Shown one piece after another: positions 14,475-28,615 of a stretch of 64,000 nucleotides of DNA; the stretch's first letter is position 1, and each line of letters opens with the position of its first letter. A model generated the notes under the pieces. That model saw only the letters and a list, made by a program, of their open reading frames with translations. It did not search any database and was not told where the DNA came from. Source of the DNA: Eledone cirrhosa (lineage: Eukaryota); the NCBI GenBank assembly GCA_964016885.1, contig OZ024757.1:23374001-23438000 (forward strand). Direction: 5' to 3'. The position numbers were made by a program, and so were the translations under genes.

Positions 14475-14805
14475 TGGCTTAGTGGTTAGAGCATTGGGCT
14501 TGCAACCGAAAGGTTGTGAGTTCAATTCTCAGACTGGGTGATGTGTTGTTTCCTTGAGCAAGACACTTTATTTCCCATTGCTCCAGTTTACTCAGCTGTA
14601 GAAATGAGATGATAGGGACTGGGGTCCCTATCATTCCACTACAAAGTGGACGTGGAGGTGCCACAGCAAAAAAGCACCCAGCCCACACTGTAAATGAGGT
14701 TGGTGTTAGGAAGGGCATCCAGCTGTTGAAATCAAGCCAGAATCAGTTCCCATCCCACCCTTGCAAGCAGGGAAAAGTGGACATAAAATGATGATGATGA
14801 TGATG
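14475..14805 (+). mobile_element. SINE-A
   Basis: tggcttagtggttagagc head through ggacataaaatgatgatg tail. Confidence 0.92.
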
Positions 14806-15990
14806 ACACACACTGCTGACCACAACAATACAATGTTTACATACATACATATATACACATATATATACATATAAACACACTTACACACATATACAGACAC
14901 ACGCCACAATACAATGTTTACATACATATATATAATTATATATGTGTAAATATATATATATATATACACACAATTATATACACATTTACACATACACACA
15001 CCACTGACCACAACAATTCACATACACACACCCACACCACACATACATACACACACCACACACACACACCACTGACCACAACAATACACATACATACACC
15101 CACACCACATACACCCACACCACAACTATACACACACCACTGACCACAACAATACACATACATACACCCACACCACACATACATACACACACCACACATA
15201 CACACACCACTGACCACAACAATACACATACATACACCCACACCACACATACATACACACACCACACATACACACACCACTGACCACAACACCACACATA
15301 CATACATGCACACCACACATACATACACACACCACACATACACACACCACTGACCACAACACCACACATACATACACGCACACCACACATACATACACAC
15401 ACCACACATACACACACCACTGACCACAACAATACACATACATACACCCACACCACACATACATACACACACCACACACACACACCACTGACAACAACAT
15501 CACACATACACACACCACATACACACCCACACCACACACACACACCACAGACCACAACACCACACATATACACCCACACCACATACACACACACACCACA
15601 CATACACACACCACAACACCACACATACATACACCCACACCACATACACACACACACACACCACTGACCACAACACCACACATACATACACCCACATCAC
15701 ATACACACACACACCACACATACACACACCACTGACCACAACACCACACATACATACACCCACACCACATACACACCCACACCACATACATCCACACCAC
15801 ACATACACACACCACTGACCACAACACCACACATACACCCACACCACACACACCCACACCACTGACCACAACAATACACATACATACACCCACACCACAT
15901 ACACCCACACCACACACACACACACACCACTGACCACAACACCACACATACATACACCCACACACACACACACCACTGACCACAACAATA
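14806..15990. repeat. CA-rich minisatellite (caccactgaccacaac unit, ~60 bp)
   Basis: Repeated ccactgaccacaac anchors. Confidence 0.93.
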
Positions 15991-16244
15991 GAAGTTTTTA
16001 TTGGTACAGTTAACTGAAGCATTTATACACTATTTCTCTCTCTCTCTCTCTCTCTTCCTTTTCAACTTTTCTCTCTCTCCATCTTCCCTTTCATCCTTTC
16101 CATATATACACATATATACATATATACACATATACACATATATACATACATATATATATATATATATATACACATATATATAACCATCCACCTATCTTAT
16201 TTCTCTTTGTTTCTTTGTCTGTCTCATCTTTATCTCTTTCTCTC

Positions 16245-16319
<75 letters not shown>

Positions 16320-16533
16320 TTGTATTAATATCATCACTGCCTAACATCAATTTTCCATGCTTGCATGGGTTAGACAGACTGTCACGTGATGAGGCCAGAC
16401 AAGGTCAGGTGACCAAATCTTATTCATATGTTCCAGAGAGAGAGAGAGTGTGAGTGAGAGAGAGAGAGAGTGAGTGAGTGACAGAGAGAGAGAGAGAGAG
16501 AGAGAGAGTGACAGTGACAGAGAGACAGACAGT

Positions 16534-16575
<42 letters not shown>

Positions 16576-16613
16576 CCCCCACCTCTAATGTCATACTTTG
16601 CCCAATAGACAGT

Positions 16614-16651
<38 letters not shown>

Positions 16652-16869
16652 CCCCCACCTCTAATGTCATACTTTACCCAATATACGATGTAATTAAGGA
16701 CTGACTTACTGAATAATCTAGAGAATAATCTAGCTAAAAATATTCTCAATTAATTGAAATGTGAGGTGCACGAATAAAATAGTTTCCTCTTTCATAGTCA
16801 TCCATTTTCATCTCTTGTAAAATTCTACAAATATGTTTTTATTTCTCTGAGTACACCAGTATTACAACT

Positions 16870-17940
16870 ATGGCCACACCACTCCACACTACCACATGTC
16901 CACACCACTCCACACCACCACATGTCCACCACCACTCCACATCACTCCACACCACCACATGTCCACACCACTCCACACTACCACATGTCCACACCACCAC
17001 ATGTCCACACCACTCCACACCACCACATGTCCACCACCACTCCACACCACCACATGTCCACACCACTCCACACTACCACATGTCCACACCACCACATGTC
17101 CACACCACTCCACACCACCACAATGTCCACACCACCACTATGTCCACTATTCCTACATGTCCACACCACAACTATGTCCACTATTCCTACATGACCACTA
17201 TTCCTACATGTCCACACCACAACTATGTCCACTATACCTACATGTCCACTATACCTACATGTCCACACGACAACTATGTCCACTATTCCTACATGTCCAC
17301 TATACCTACATGTCCACACCACAACTATGTCCACTATTCCTACATGTCCACACCACAACTATGTCCACTATACCTACATGTCCACTATACCTACATGTCC
17401 ACACGACAACTATGTCCACTATTCCTACATGTCCACTACACCTACATGTCCACACCACAACTATGTCCACTATTCCTACATGTCCACTATTCCTACATGT
17501 CCACACCACCACTATGTCCACTATTCCTACATGTCCACACCACCACAATGTCCACACCACTACTATGTCCACTATTCCTACATGTCCACACCACCACAAT
17601 GTCCACACCACCACTATTCCTACATGTCTACTATACCTACATGTCCACACCACCACAATGTCCACACCACCACTATTCCTACATGTCCACACCACCACTA
17701 TGTCCACACCACTACTATGTCCACTATACCTACATGTCCACACCACCACTATTCCTACATGTCCACACCACCACTATGTCCACTATACCTACATGTCCAC
17801 AATACCACAATGTCCACACCACCACTATTCCTACATGTCCACACCACCACTATGTCCACTATACCTACATGTCCACACCACCACAATGTCCACACCACCA
17901 CTATTCCTACATGTCCACACCACCACTTTGTCCACTATAC
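16870..17940. repeat. catgtccac-based minisatellite with a gradual change of unit
   Basis: acatgtccacaccac units grade into cctacatgtccactat units. Confidence 0.93.
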
Positions 17941-17993
17941 ATTTGATGGCAGTGTTTAAATGTCCAGTTGTGATGTATATAGTATTTGGTATG

Positions 17994-19914
17994 TGAAGGT
18001 GGATGGCTTAGTGGTTAGAGCATAGGGCTTGCAATCGTGAGGTTGGGAGTTCGATATTCAAACTGGTTGATGTGTTGAGTCCTTGAGCAAAACACTTTAT
18101 TTCATGTTGCTCCAGTTTACTCAGCAGTAGAAATGTGTTGTGACATCACAGGTGCTAAGCTGTGTCAGCCATTGCCTTTCTCTTGGACAACATCATATAT
18201 AGTGTATATATAGAGAGTATACTCTCTATATAGTGTATATAGAGAGTATACTCTCTATATAGTGTATATAGAGAGTATACAGTGTACGAATTGTATATAT
18301 AGAGAGTATACAGTGTATGAATTGTGTATATAGAGAGTATACAGTGTATGAATTGTGTATATAGAGAGTATACAGTGTATGAATTGTGTATATAGAGAGT
18401 ATACAGTGTATGAATTGTGTATATAGAGAGTATACAGTGTACAAATTGTATATATAGAGAGTATACAGTGTACGAATCGTGTATATAGAGAGTATACAGT
18501 GTATGAATTGTGTATATAGAGAGTATACAGTGTACAAATTGTGTATATAGAGAGTATACAGTGTACGAATTGTGTATATAGGGAGTATACAGTGTATGAA
18601 TTGTATATATAGAGAGTATACAGTGTATGAATTGTATATATAGAGAGTATACAGTGTATGAATTGTGTATATAGAGAGTATACAGTGTATGAATTGTGTA
18701 TATAGAGAGTATACAGTGTATGAATTGTGTATATAGAGAGTATACAGTGTATGAATTGTATATATAGAGAGTATACAGTGTACGAATTGTGTATAGAGAG
18801 TATACAGTGTACGAATTGTATATATAGAGAGTATACAGTGTATGAATTGTGTATATAGAGAGTATACAGTGTATGAATTGTGTATATAGAGAGTATACAG
18901 TGTACAAATTGTATATATAGAGAGTATACAGTGTACGAATCGTGTATATAGAGAGTATACAGTGTATGAATTGTGTATATAGAGAGTATACAGTGTACAA
19001 ATTGTGTATATAGAGAGTATACAGTGTACGAATTGTGTATATAGGGAGTATACAGTGTATGAATTGTGTATATAGAGAGTATACAGTGTATGAATTGTAT
19101 ATATAGAGAGTATACAGTGTATGAATTGTGTATATAGAGAGTATACAGTGTATGAATTGTGTATATAGAGAGTATACAGTGTATGAATTGTGTATATAGA
19201 GAGTATACAGTGTATGAATTGTATATATAGAGAGTATACAGTGTACGAATTGTGTATAGAGAGTATACAGTGTACGAATTGTATATATAGAGAGTATACA
19301 GTGTATGAATTGTGTATATAGAGAGTATACAGTGTATGAATTGTGTATATAGAGAGTATACAGTGTATGAATTGTGTATATAGAGAGTATACAGTGTATG
19401 AATTGTGTATATAGAGAGTATACAGTGTATGAATTGTATATATAGAGAGTATACAGTGTACGAATTGTGTATAGAGAGTATACAGTGTACGAATTGTGTA
19501 TAGAGAGTATACAGTGTACGAATTGTAAATATAGAGAGTATACAGTGTATGAATTGTGTATATAGAGAGTATACAGTGTATGAATTGTGTATATAGAGAG
19601 TATACAGTGTGCGAATTGTGTATAGAGAGAGTATACAGTGTACGAATTGTGTATATAGAGAGTATACATATAGTATATAGTATATATGCAGTGTATATAT
19701 AGTGTATATATGTGTTGTGACATCACTGGTGCCAAACTGTATCGCCCATTACCTTTCCTTTGGACAATATCAGTGGCAGGGAGAGGAGAGACTGGAATGC
19801 ATGGGTGACTGCTGGTCTTCCACAGACAACTTTGCCCAGACTTATACCTCAGAGGGGACCTTTCTAGGTACAAATCCTTTGGTAATTTCTGACTGAAGAG
19901 GGTCTTTACCCTTT
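17994..19914 (+). mobile_element. SINE-E interrupted by a ~1.5-kb satellite
   Basis: Head 17994-18195 and tail 19713-19914 (gactgctggtcttcc..gggtctttacc), as in the copy at 24537-24830. Confidence 0.88.
18196..19710. repeat. 31-bp satellite agagagtatacagtgtatgaattgtgtatat, ~45 copies
   Basis: Period 31 (18301 to 18332) with occasional 29-bp variants; explains the 572-aa ORF. Confidence 0.97.
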
Positions 19915-19969
19915 ATGTGGTGATGGTGTTTAAATATCCAGTTTGGAGGTATATAACCGCTGGTGGAGT

Positions 19970-20693
19970 TTAACCCTTTAGCATTTAAACCGGCCATATC
20001 CGGCCAGAATTCTCTCACCTCTTCCTGTTCAAACTGGCCATAACCAGCCACTTATACTAACATTAAGGCATTGTTTTTAAAACAAATAATATCAAAATCT
20101 CACAGATTCGATATTATGTGAGATAATTATGTGAGGTAAAACTTTACCATGAAAATACAATAGTATATATAGAGTAATGTGAATGTTATGTGAGGTAAAG
20201 CCTTTACCATGAAAATACAATAGTATATATAGAGTAATGTGAATGTTATGTGAGATAATTATGTGAGGTAAAGCCTTTACCATGTAAATATAATAGTATA
20301 TATAGAGTAATGTAAATGTTATGTGAGATAATTATGTGAGGTAAAGCCTTTACCATGTAAATATAATAGTATATATAGAGTAATGTGAATGTTATGTGAG
20401 ATAATTATGTGAGGTAAAGCCTTTACCATGTAAATATAATAGTATATATAGAGTAATGTAAATGTTATGTGAGATAATTATGTGAGGTAAAGCCTTTACC
20501 ATGTAAATATAATAGTATATATAGAGTAATGTAAATGTTATGTGAGATATTATGTGAGGTAAAGCCTTTACCATGAAAATATAATAGTATATATAGAGTA
20601 ATGTAAATGTTATGTGAGATATTATGTGAGGTAAAGCCTTTACCATGTAAATATAATAGTATATATAGAGTAATGTAAATGCTAAAGGGTTAA
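19970..20693 (+). mobile_element. piggyBac-like MITE with an internal 73-bp tandem expansion
   Basis: TTAA-ccctttagcattt ... aaatgctaaaggg-TTAA. Confidence 0.85.
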
Positions 20694-20947
20694 GTGTCTA
20701 GTTGTGAAGTAAGTAGTATTTCTTTTATTTCTTATAATTTTGAAATTACCAACGCAAATGTCATAGCTGTCAAAAATCAACACATCCACACATATATCTC
20801 TAATACTTAATTACATAAATATTTCACATGAAAATATAGAATCAAAATGAAAGAAAATATTAAGTCAACACTAAGTATGTCAATTGGTCACACACCACAA
20901 GGGTCATCAGAACTTAAGGCAAGCCAACATGCTCGCAGCATTACTGT

Positions 20948-21028
20948 GGGTGATGGCGCGGCTAAGACACTGAAATAATCAAGTACCCTCACGGGCATCA
21001 CCTGACATCTTCGGTAAGGCAAACCACT
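20948..21028 (+). ncRNA. Possible degenerate HDV-like ribozyme
   Basis: P1 GGGTGAT/ATCACCT with G.U at position 1, L3-like ctcacg, P1.1 tc/ga, J4/2 C-AAA; P2 and P4 are imperfect. Confidence 0.3.
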
Positions 21029-21288
21029 CACAATAACAAGAACTTCATATAGATAGCTTGAAATAACCAACACAAATGTCATAGCTGTCAAAAATCAACA
21101 CATACACACATATATCTCTAATACTTAATTACATAAATATTTCATCTGAAAATGAAAGAAAATATTAAATCAACATTGTGTACATGTTAGATTTCTGAGA
21201 AATACTGAGAAGATAAAGTTAAGATAAAGAATGATTTACTCATGTGTAGAGATGCTATAAAGTAGCTTGTAAAATAGAGTGAAGCCCC

Positions 21289-22104
21289 TTAACCCTTTAA
21301 CATTTAAACCAGCCATATACGGCCAGAATCATCTCCCCCGCCCCCCTTTTTTTTGTTCAAATCAGTTATAACTGGCTGCTCATACTGATGTTAAAGTATT
21401 GTTTTCAAAATAAATAAAATCTCATAGATTCGAAATTATGTGAGATAAAGCAAGACACTTTATTTCACATTGCTCCAGTTTACTCAGCTGGGGTCCCTAT
21501 CATTCCACTGCAAAGTGGTCATGCAGGTGCCATGACAACAAAGCACCCAGCCCACACTGTAAAGTGGGCGTGGAGGTGCCACAGAAAAAAAAAAAAGCAC
21601 CCAGCACTCACTGTAAATGAGGTTGGTGTTAGGAAGGGCATCCAGCTGTAGAAACAAGCCAGAATTAGTTCCCGTATGATCAAGAAAAGGTCAGCCGACT
21701 GGACACTGTCCACAACAGGACAACCCATCTAACCCATACTAGTGTGGAATACAGAAGACCCGACTCCCCATGGGTACAAGCCGAAGCTGAAGCATATAGA
21801 CAATATGCCCCCACCCCCTCCCACTGCAAAGTGGTCATGGAGGGGCCATGGCAAAAAAGCACCCAGCACTCACTGTAAATGAGGTTGGTGTTAGGAAGGG
21901 CATCCAGCTGTAGAAATCAAGCCAGAATTAGTTCCCGTATGATCAAGACAAGGTCAGCCGACCGGACACTGCCCACAACAGGACAACCCGTCTAACCCAT
22001 GCTAGCGTGGAAGAACGGACGTAAAACAGTGATGACGATGATCAAAGCCTTTACTGTGAAAATGCAATAGTAAATACAGACTAATGTAAATGTTAAAGGG
22101 TTCA
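21289..22104 (+). mobile_element. Same piggyBac-like MITE with nested SINE-A/RTE-tail pieces (21450-22042)
   Basis: ttaaccctttaacattt ... aaatgttaaagggttca. Confidence 0.8.
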
Positions 22105-22311
22105 AGATGGAAAAAGAAGTTGCCATCAGCTGTTCTGAGGAGTTGAACCCAATATCTCCCAGATACCAGCTAACCTATTTTAACCATTATGCCAAGGGAC
22201 CGTGACAGCCCTTACCATCTTGAATTAGAATTGGTCACACACCACAAGGGGTGTTACAGCCTCACTCTAATACTTCTTGAGTGAAACCAACAGACTGACA
22301 GCATTACAATG

Positions 22312-23704
22312 ATAGTGTTTAAATAGCCTAGTTGTGAGGCAAATGTTGTTGTTATGCCTTTGTAGTGTTTAAATAGCCAAGTTGTGAGGCAAATGTTGTT
22401 GTTATGCCTTTGTAGTGTTTAAATAGCCAAGTTGTGAGGAAAATGTTGTTGTTATGCCTTTGTAGTGTTTAAATAGCCAAGTTGTGAGGCAAATGTTGTT
22501 GTTATGCCTTTGTAGTGTTTAAATAGCCTAGTTGTGAGGCAAATGTTGTTGTTATGCCTTTGTAGTGTTTAAATAGCCAAGTTGTGAGGCAAATGTTGTT
22601 GTTATGCCTTTGTAGTGTTTAAATAGCCAAGTTGTGAGGAAAATGTTGTTGTTATGCCTTTGTAGTGTTTAAATAGCCAAGTTGTGAGGCAAATGTTGTT
22701 GTTATGCCTTTGTAGTGTTTAAATAGCCAAGTTGTGAGGAAAATGTTGTTGTTATGCCTTTGTAGTGTTTAAATAGCCAAGTTGTGAGGAAAATGTTGTT
22801 GTTATGCCTTTGTAGTGTTTAAATAGCCAAGTTGTGAGGCAAATGTTGTTGTTATGCCTTTGTAGTGTTTAATGACCAGTTGTGAGGTAAATGTTGTTAT
22901 GCCTTAGTAGTGTTTAATGACCAGTTGTGAGGTATATGTTGTTATGCTTCAGTAATGTTTAATGACCAGTTGTGAGGTATATGTTGTTATGCCTTTGTAG
23001 TGTTTAAATAGCCAAGTTGTGAGGCAAATGTTGTTGTTATGCCTTAGTAGTGTTTAATGACCAGTTGTGAGGTATATGTTGTTATGCCTTAGTAATGTTT
23101 AATGACCAGTTGTGGGGTATATGTTGTTATGCCTTTGTAGTGTTTAATGACCAGTTGTGAGGTATATGTTGTTATGCCTTAGTAGTGTTTAATGACCAGT
23201 TGTGAGGTATATGTTGTTATGCCTTTGTAGTGTTTAATGACCAGTTGTGGGGTATATGTTGTTATGCCTTTGTAGTGTTTAATAACCAGTTGTGAGGTAT
23301 ATGTTGTTATGCCTTAGTAGTGTTTAATGACCAGTTGTGAGGTATATGTTGTTATGCCTTTGTAGTGTTTAATGACCAGTTGTGAGGTATATGTTGTTAT
23401 GCCTAAGTAGTGTTTAAATGACCAGTTATGATGCCATTGTTGTTGTTATGCCTTAGTAGTGTTTAATGACCAGTTGTGAGGTATATGTTGTTATGCCTTA
23501 GTAGTGTTTAATGACCAGTTGTGAGGTATATGTTGTTATGCCTTAGTAGTGTTTAATGACCAGTTGTGAGGTATATGTTGTTATGCCTTAGTAGTGTTTA
23601 ATGACCAGTTGTGAGGTATATGTTGTTATGCCTTAGTAGTGTTTAATGACCAGTTGTGAGGTATATGTTGTTGTTATGCCTTAGTAGTGTTTAAATGACC
23701 AGTT
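22312..23704. repeat. Minisatellite: 50-bp units, then 45-bp units
   Basis: tgtagtgtttaaatagccaagttgtgaggcaaatgttgttgttatgcctt switches to a shorter variant near 22860. Confidence 0.96.
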
Positions 23705-24536
23705 AGGAGCTCCATACTGTCAATATTTTCCCTGAAATATTTTATCCACCTGGATTGTTTTTATTTTTTCTGTATAGTTTCATTATAATACTGTAGTTAT
23801 CTCCTATTTGTTGTTTTTGAGTGATAACAGCTGTATATATAGAGATGTATTGATTTCCAATATACATTATCATACATTTTCATATTGTCTCTAGCGATAT
23901 TACCAATATTATTTAGCATGGGAATGACTGGTGGTTTTTTTTGTTTCAAGCACTCATCAAAAACTGTTTACTGTCTAAATATAATTTTAAGAATTTTGAA
24001 AGAATTCTCGTTAAGCCTTGTTTGTGAACTATTTCTAAGTTATATATATTCAACAGATTTCTATGTCACATGGATTTAATACAGAACTACAGAATGGTAT
24101 GGATGTTAAATGATGGTGATAATAATGGCAATATAGGCAGCAGTTTGTTTACAATTTTATGGTTCACATTTACAGGAGATTGAGAAGAGATTTGGATGTC
24201 ATTAGGAAAGATATTGGCATTACAAGAGTTGGAATAACAATAGACGTCAGTGACAACCATTCTTCAAGCAATAATGATATCTGATGCCGGATGCAATTTA
24301 TTTGGGAAATGGTTTGATCTCTGGGGTAGATTTCACCCCAATAATTCTTTAAATTTTGACAGTCATTCTTCAGGCAATGATAATATCTGATGTTGGATGC
24401 AGTTTATTTGGGAAATGGTTTGATCTGGGGTAGATTTCAACCCAATAATTCTTTAAATCCTCCACATGCTGGTAGGAGGATTGTCATGAGCTTCCTTAGA
24501 GCACAGTATAATTTTGATTTAAATATAAAGACAAAG

Positions 24537-24830
24537 TGAAGGCATATAGCTGAGTGGTTAGAGCACTAGGCTTACAATCGGCAGGTTGTGGGTTTGATTT
24601 TGGACCAGGCTTTGCGTTTTGTTCTTGAGCAAGACACTTTATTTCATGTTGCTCCAGTTCACTTAGTCGTAGAAATGAGTTGTGACGTCACTGGTGCCGA
24701 GCAGTATCGTGATGGAGACTGGTATGTATTGTCAACTGCTGGTCTTCTACAAACAACCTTGCCCTCAAAGGGGAACTTTCTAGGTGCAAATCCCATGTTC
24801 ATTTGAGACCAAAGGGGATCTTTACCCTTT
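24537..24830 (+). mobile_element. SINE-E
   Basis: tRNA head, core, tgtgacgtcactggtgcc and gggatctttaccc tail. Confidence 0.85.
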
Positions 24831-24925
24831 ATAAAGACAAAGTGATGTGAAGAGAAAAGAATACTTATGCTGTCAGTAATAGCTCACAGATGTGGTAGTA
24901 CTGTTGGCATTGTGAATATATATGT

Positions 24926-25575
24926 TAGGGCTTATCTCAACCTTTTTATCCTTGTGGAACCCTTGAAATAATTTTCATATCTCAGGGAACCCCTACATAA
25001 AATCATAAGTAGAAACAATTATATACCATACGGCCCTTGCCATTCTGAGTTCAAATCCCGCCGAGTTTAACTTTGCCTTTCATCCTTACGGGGTCAATAA
25101 AATAAAGTACCAGTAATACACTGGGTAATTGCTGGCCTTGTGCCTAACGTAGAAACAATTATTAACTTCTCTTAAGGCGGTGGATTGGCAGTATCAGTAG
25201 AGAGTCGGACACCATGCTTTGAAGCATAGGGTTACGTCCCTTTATGATCTGAGTTCAAATCCCGCCGAGGTTAACTTTGTCTTTCATCCTTACGGGATCG
25301 ATAAAATAAAGTACCAGTAATACACTGGGTAATTGCTGGCCTTGTGCCTAAAGTAGAAACAATTATTGATTTCTCTTTTAGAGGTTGAAACCTTTTTTAT
25401 AATAACGGATTTTCCTAACAATATGTCATACATGTATAGTAGAATTAGGAATATAAAATTAAACAAAAATTATTCAAAAATGCATTAGCTTATTTCTAAC
25501 AGTTTCTTGCAGAACTCCTATCAACTTCTTGTGGAACCCTAGGGTTCTCGGGAATTCCGGTTAGGAAATGCTAGT
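24926..25575. mobile_element. Old hAT/Charlie-like non-autonomous element with two nested SINE-B copies (25025-25368)
   Basis: tctcaaccttttt..ggaaccc left end; ggaaccctagggttc..ccggttaggaaatgct right end. Confidence 0.55.
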
Positions 25576-25869
25576 ATACACAAATAGATGCATACATAAA
25601 AACATGCATATATGCATACATACACCCATACATAAACACATACATACATACATGCATCCTTACACACACACGAGAGGAATCAGATGTAGAGTGCAAAAGA
25701 GAAGACTATGTAGGTATAGACATGCTGCATGTGGATGATGGTTGTTGGGCGAAGAAGTACCTACAAAACAAATCTCAGCTCTGCCGAGAATACAAGTGGC
25801 TCATATGAGATTTCTCTGAAGGGTCTTTGGAATAATGTTACTTGATAGAGTGTGAAGCTCAGAGATAGA

Positions 25870-26185
25870 GAGTCACTTCAGGCAGAGCTGCTACTTCTCC
25901 AAATTGAGAGATCATAGCTCTGATACTATAGGCATGCAGTTAGAATGTCTCAGGAAAGAATCGCTGGACAGATTTTATGGGCAAAACCAGCCAGCAGGAG
26001 ACCCAGGGGTAGACCCCCGAGCAAGATGGTTGGATAAGATCTATAAGCTCAGCTTATCTTGCTTGGGGATCCAGCCGGATCAGTTGGAGATGGTTGCTTC
26101 TGACAGGACTCACTGGAAGGAGTGTTTGAGGACTCTGCCACCACGACCCTCTCAGGAATAAGTGGGTGAAGAGGAAGAATAAGTC
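25870..26185 (+). mobile_element. Expander/Rex3-type RTE 3' end
   Basis: Frameshifted RRPRGRP/RARWLDKI..LGIQPDQLEMVASDRTHWKECLRTLPPRP terminus. Confidence 0.8.
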
Positions 26186-26463
26186 ATCAGGAATGTAATC
26201 TTGAAGTCATTTCTATATAAAATATATATATATATATATATTCCCCACCCATCCCAAGTTCCCAACCCCCTCCATAAAGTTATCCCCTCTTGAAGTCACA
26301 ACAAAAGAGCCCAGCCCACACTAAATGGTGGTCATATAGATGTCCCGACAAAAGCACAAAGTCCACACTGTAAAGTGGTCATGTAGGTATCACAACAAAA
26401 AGCACCCAGCACGCATTGTAAATGATATATATGTACACATACTATGCTCATATAAACACATAC

Positions 26464-26810
26464 ATCATCATTTTTCATCATTTCATTTTACGTCCACTTT
26501 TCCCTGCTTGCAAGGGTGGGACAGGAACTGATTCTGGCTTGATTTCCACAGCTGGATGCCCTTCCTAACACCAACCTCATTTACAGTGAGTGCTGGGTGC
26601 TTTTTTGCCGTGGCACCTCCACGACCACTTTACAGTGGAATGATATGGACCCCAGTCCCTATCATCTCATTTCTACAGCTGAGTAAACTGGAGCAATGTG
26701 AAATAAAGTGTCTTGCTCAAGGAAACAACACATCACCCGGTCTGAGAATTGAACTCACAACCTTTCGATTGCAAGCCCAATGCTCTAACCACTAAGCCAT
26801 GTGCCTCCAT
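26464..26810 (-). mobile_element. SINE-A
   Basis: Full head to tail; flanked by a repeated tgtacacatactatgctcatataaacaca. Confidence 0.92.
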
Positions 26811-27149
26811 GTATATATATATATTATGTACACATACTATGCTCATATAAACACACACACATATATATATATATAATATGTACACATACTATGCTCATAT
26901 AAACACACACATATATATATATATATATATGTGCACATACTATATGCATAAAAATATGTACATGTACTATATACGTAGAAGTCCATACATATAGAACATG
27001 CATCCACATGCAGAGATATTGCCCCAGCTTTGCCAGAACTAATATTTAGATAATGGGCGCACACACACACACACACAGATATACATACATACACACACAC
27101 TAACATACAGTGCCCCCAACCTATCTAGCAGTCATACATTTAGATAATA

Positions 27150-27700
27150 TACACAGACAGACACACAGTGACAAATATATACACAGACACAGACTTACAG
27201 ACATACACAGACATACACACACAGACATACACACACAGACATACACACACAGACACACACAGGGCCCAAATCTCACCAGCACTCATATATTTAGATAACA
27301 TACATACACACATACAAACAGACATATACAGACATACACAGACATATACAGACATACACAGACATATACAGACATACACATACAAACAGACATATACAGA
27401 CATACACAGACATACACAGACATACACAGACATACACAGACATACACAGACATACACAGACATATACAGACATATACAGACATTCACAGACATACACAGA
27501 CATATACAGACATACACAGACATACACAGACATACACAAACATACACAGACATACAGACATACACAGACATACACAGACATACACAGACATACGCAGACA
27601 TACACAGACATACACAGACATATACAGACATACACAGACATACACAGATATACACAGACATTCACACACAAAGACATACACAGACATACACAGACAAACA
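27150..27700. repeat. (CATACACAGA)n 10-bp minisatellite
   Basis: Directly visible. Confidence 0.95.
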
Positions 27701-27984
27701 GCCATACATACACTACCCCCAATCTATCCAACACTCATATAAGCAGTGATGACATAAACTGTTAGAGTCTAATTTAATCAGAGAAGTCTGCATTAGAGTT
27801 GTCGGAAAATGTGATTTATTAAATGGAATCCCCAAAGATCCAAGTCCCAGCATCGGCAGAGTAGTTCTGTCAATCTCTGCTGAGCATGGAACCAGATCCT
27901 GGCAGACATCTTGTACCATATCAAATCCCAATCAGGCAGAGAACTGTAATTTGATGACTGAGGGTAAAATTTGGAGAGTGAGGC

Positions 27985-28615
27985 TGGAGCTAGAGGTAAA
28001 TGAGGAGAGTGGGGTGGAAGCTGGGGGTAAATGACAAGAGTGGGTGGAAGCTGGAGGTAAATGACAAGACTGGGTGGAAGCTGGAGGTAAATGACAAGAG
28101 TGGGTGGAAGCTGGAGGTAAATGACAAGAGTGGGGTGGAAGCTTGGGGGTAAATAAGGAGAGTAGGGTGGAGCTGGGGGGTAAATGACAAGAGTGGAGTG
28201 GAAGCTGGGATAAATGACAAGAGTGGGGTGGAAGCTGGAGGTAAATGACAAGAGTGGGGTGGAAGCTTGGGGGTAAATGACAAGAGTGGAGTGGAAGCTG
28301 GGATAAATGACAAGAGTGGGGTGGGAGCTGGGAGTAAATAACAAGAGTGGGGTGGAAGCTGGGGATAAATAAGGAGAGTGGGGTGGAAGCTGGGGATAAA
28401 TAAGGAGAGTAGGGTGGAAGCTGGGGGTAAATGACAAGAGTGGGGTGGAAGCTGGGGATAAATAAGGAGAGTAGGGTGGAAGCTGGGGGGTAAATGACAA
28501 GAGTGGGGTGGGAGCTGGGGGTAAATAAGGAGAGTGGGGTGGGAGCTGGGGGTAATGAAGGAGAGTGGGGTGGAAGCTGGTGGGGTGTAAATGACAAGAG
28601 TGGAGTGGAAGGTGC
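27985..28615. repeat. G-rich ~31-bp minisatellite ggggtggaagctgggggtaaatgacaagagt
   Basis: About 20 units. Confidence 0.95.

Noticed and set aside
14475-14545. tRNA genes at SINE heads (also minus strand ~22150-22200)
   Set aside because: A and B boxes are present, but there is no complete cloverleaf; the 14475 head runs straight into a SINE body
18155-19873. 572-aa ORF
   Set aside because: Read-through of the 31-bp satellite
24175-24285. Possible terminal exon after tttacag (RLRRDLDVIRKDIG...)
   Set aside because: No recognisable homology or partner exons; it overlaps a local ~105-bp duplication
27740-27960. Unique, coding-like stretch
   Set aside because: No frame gives a recognisable protein and no clear splice sites are visible
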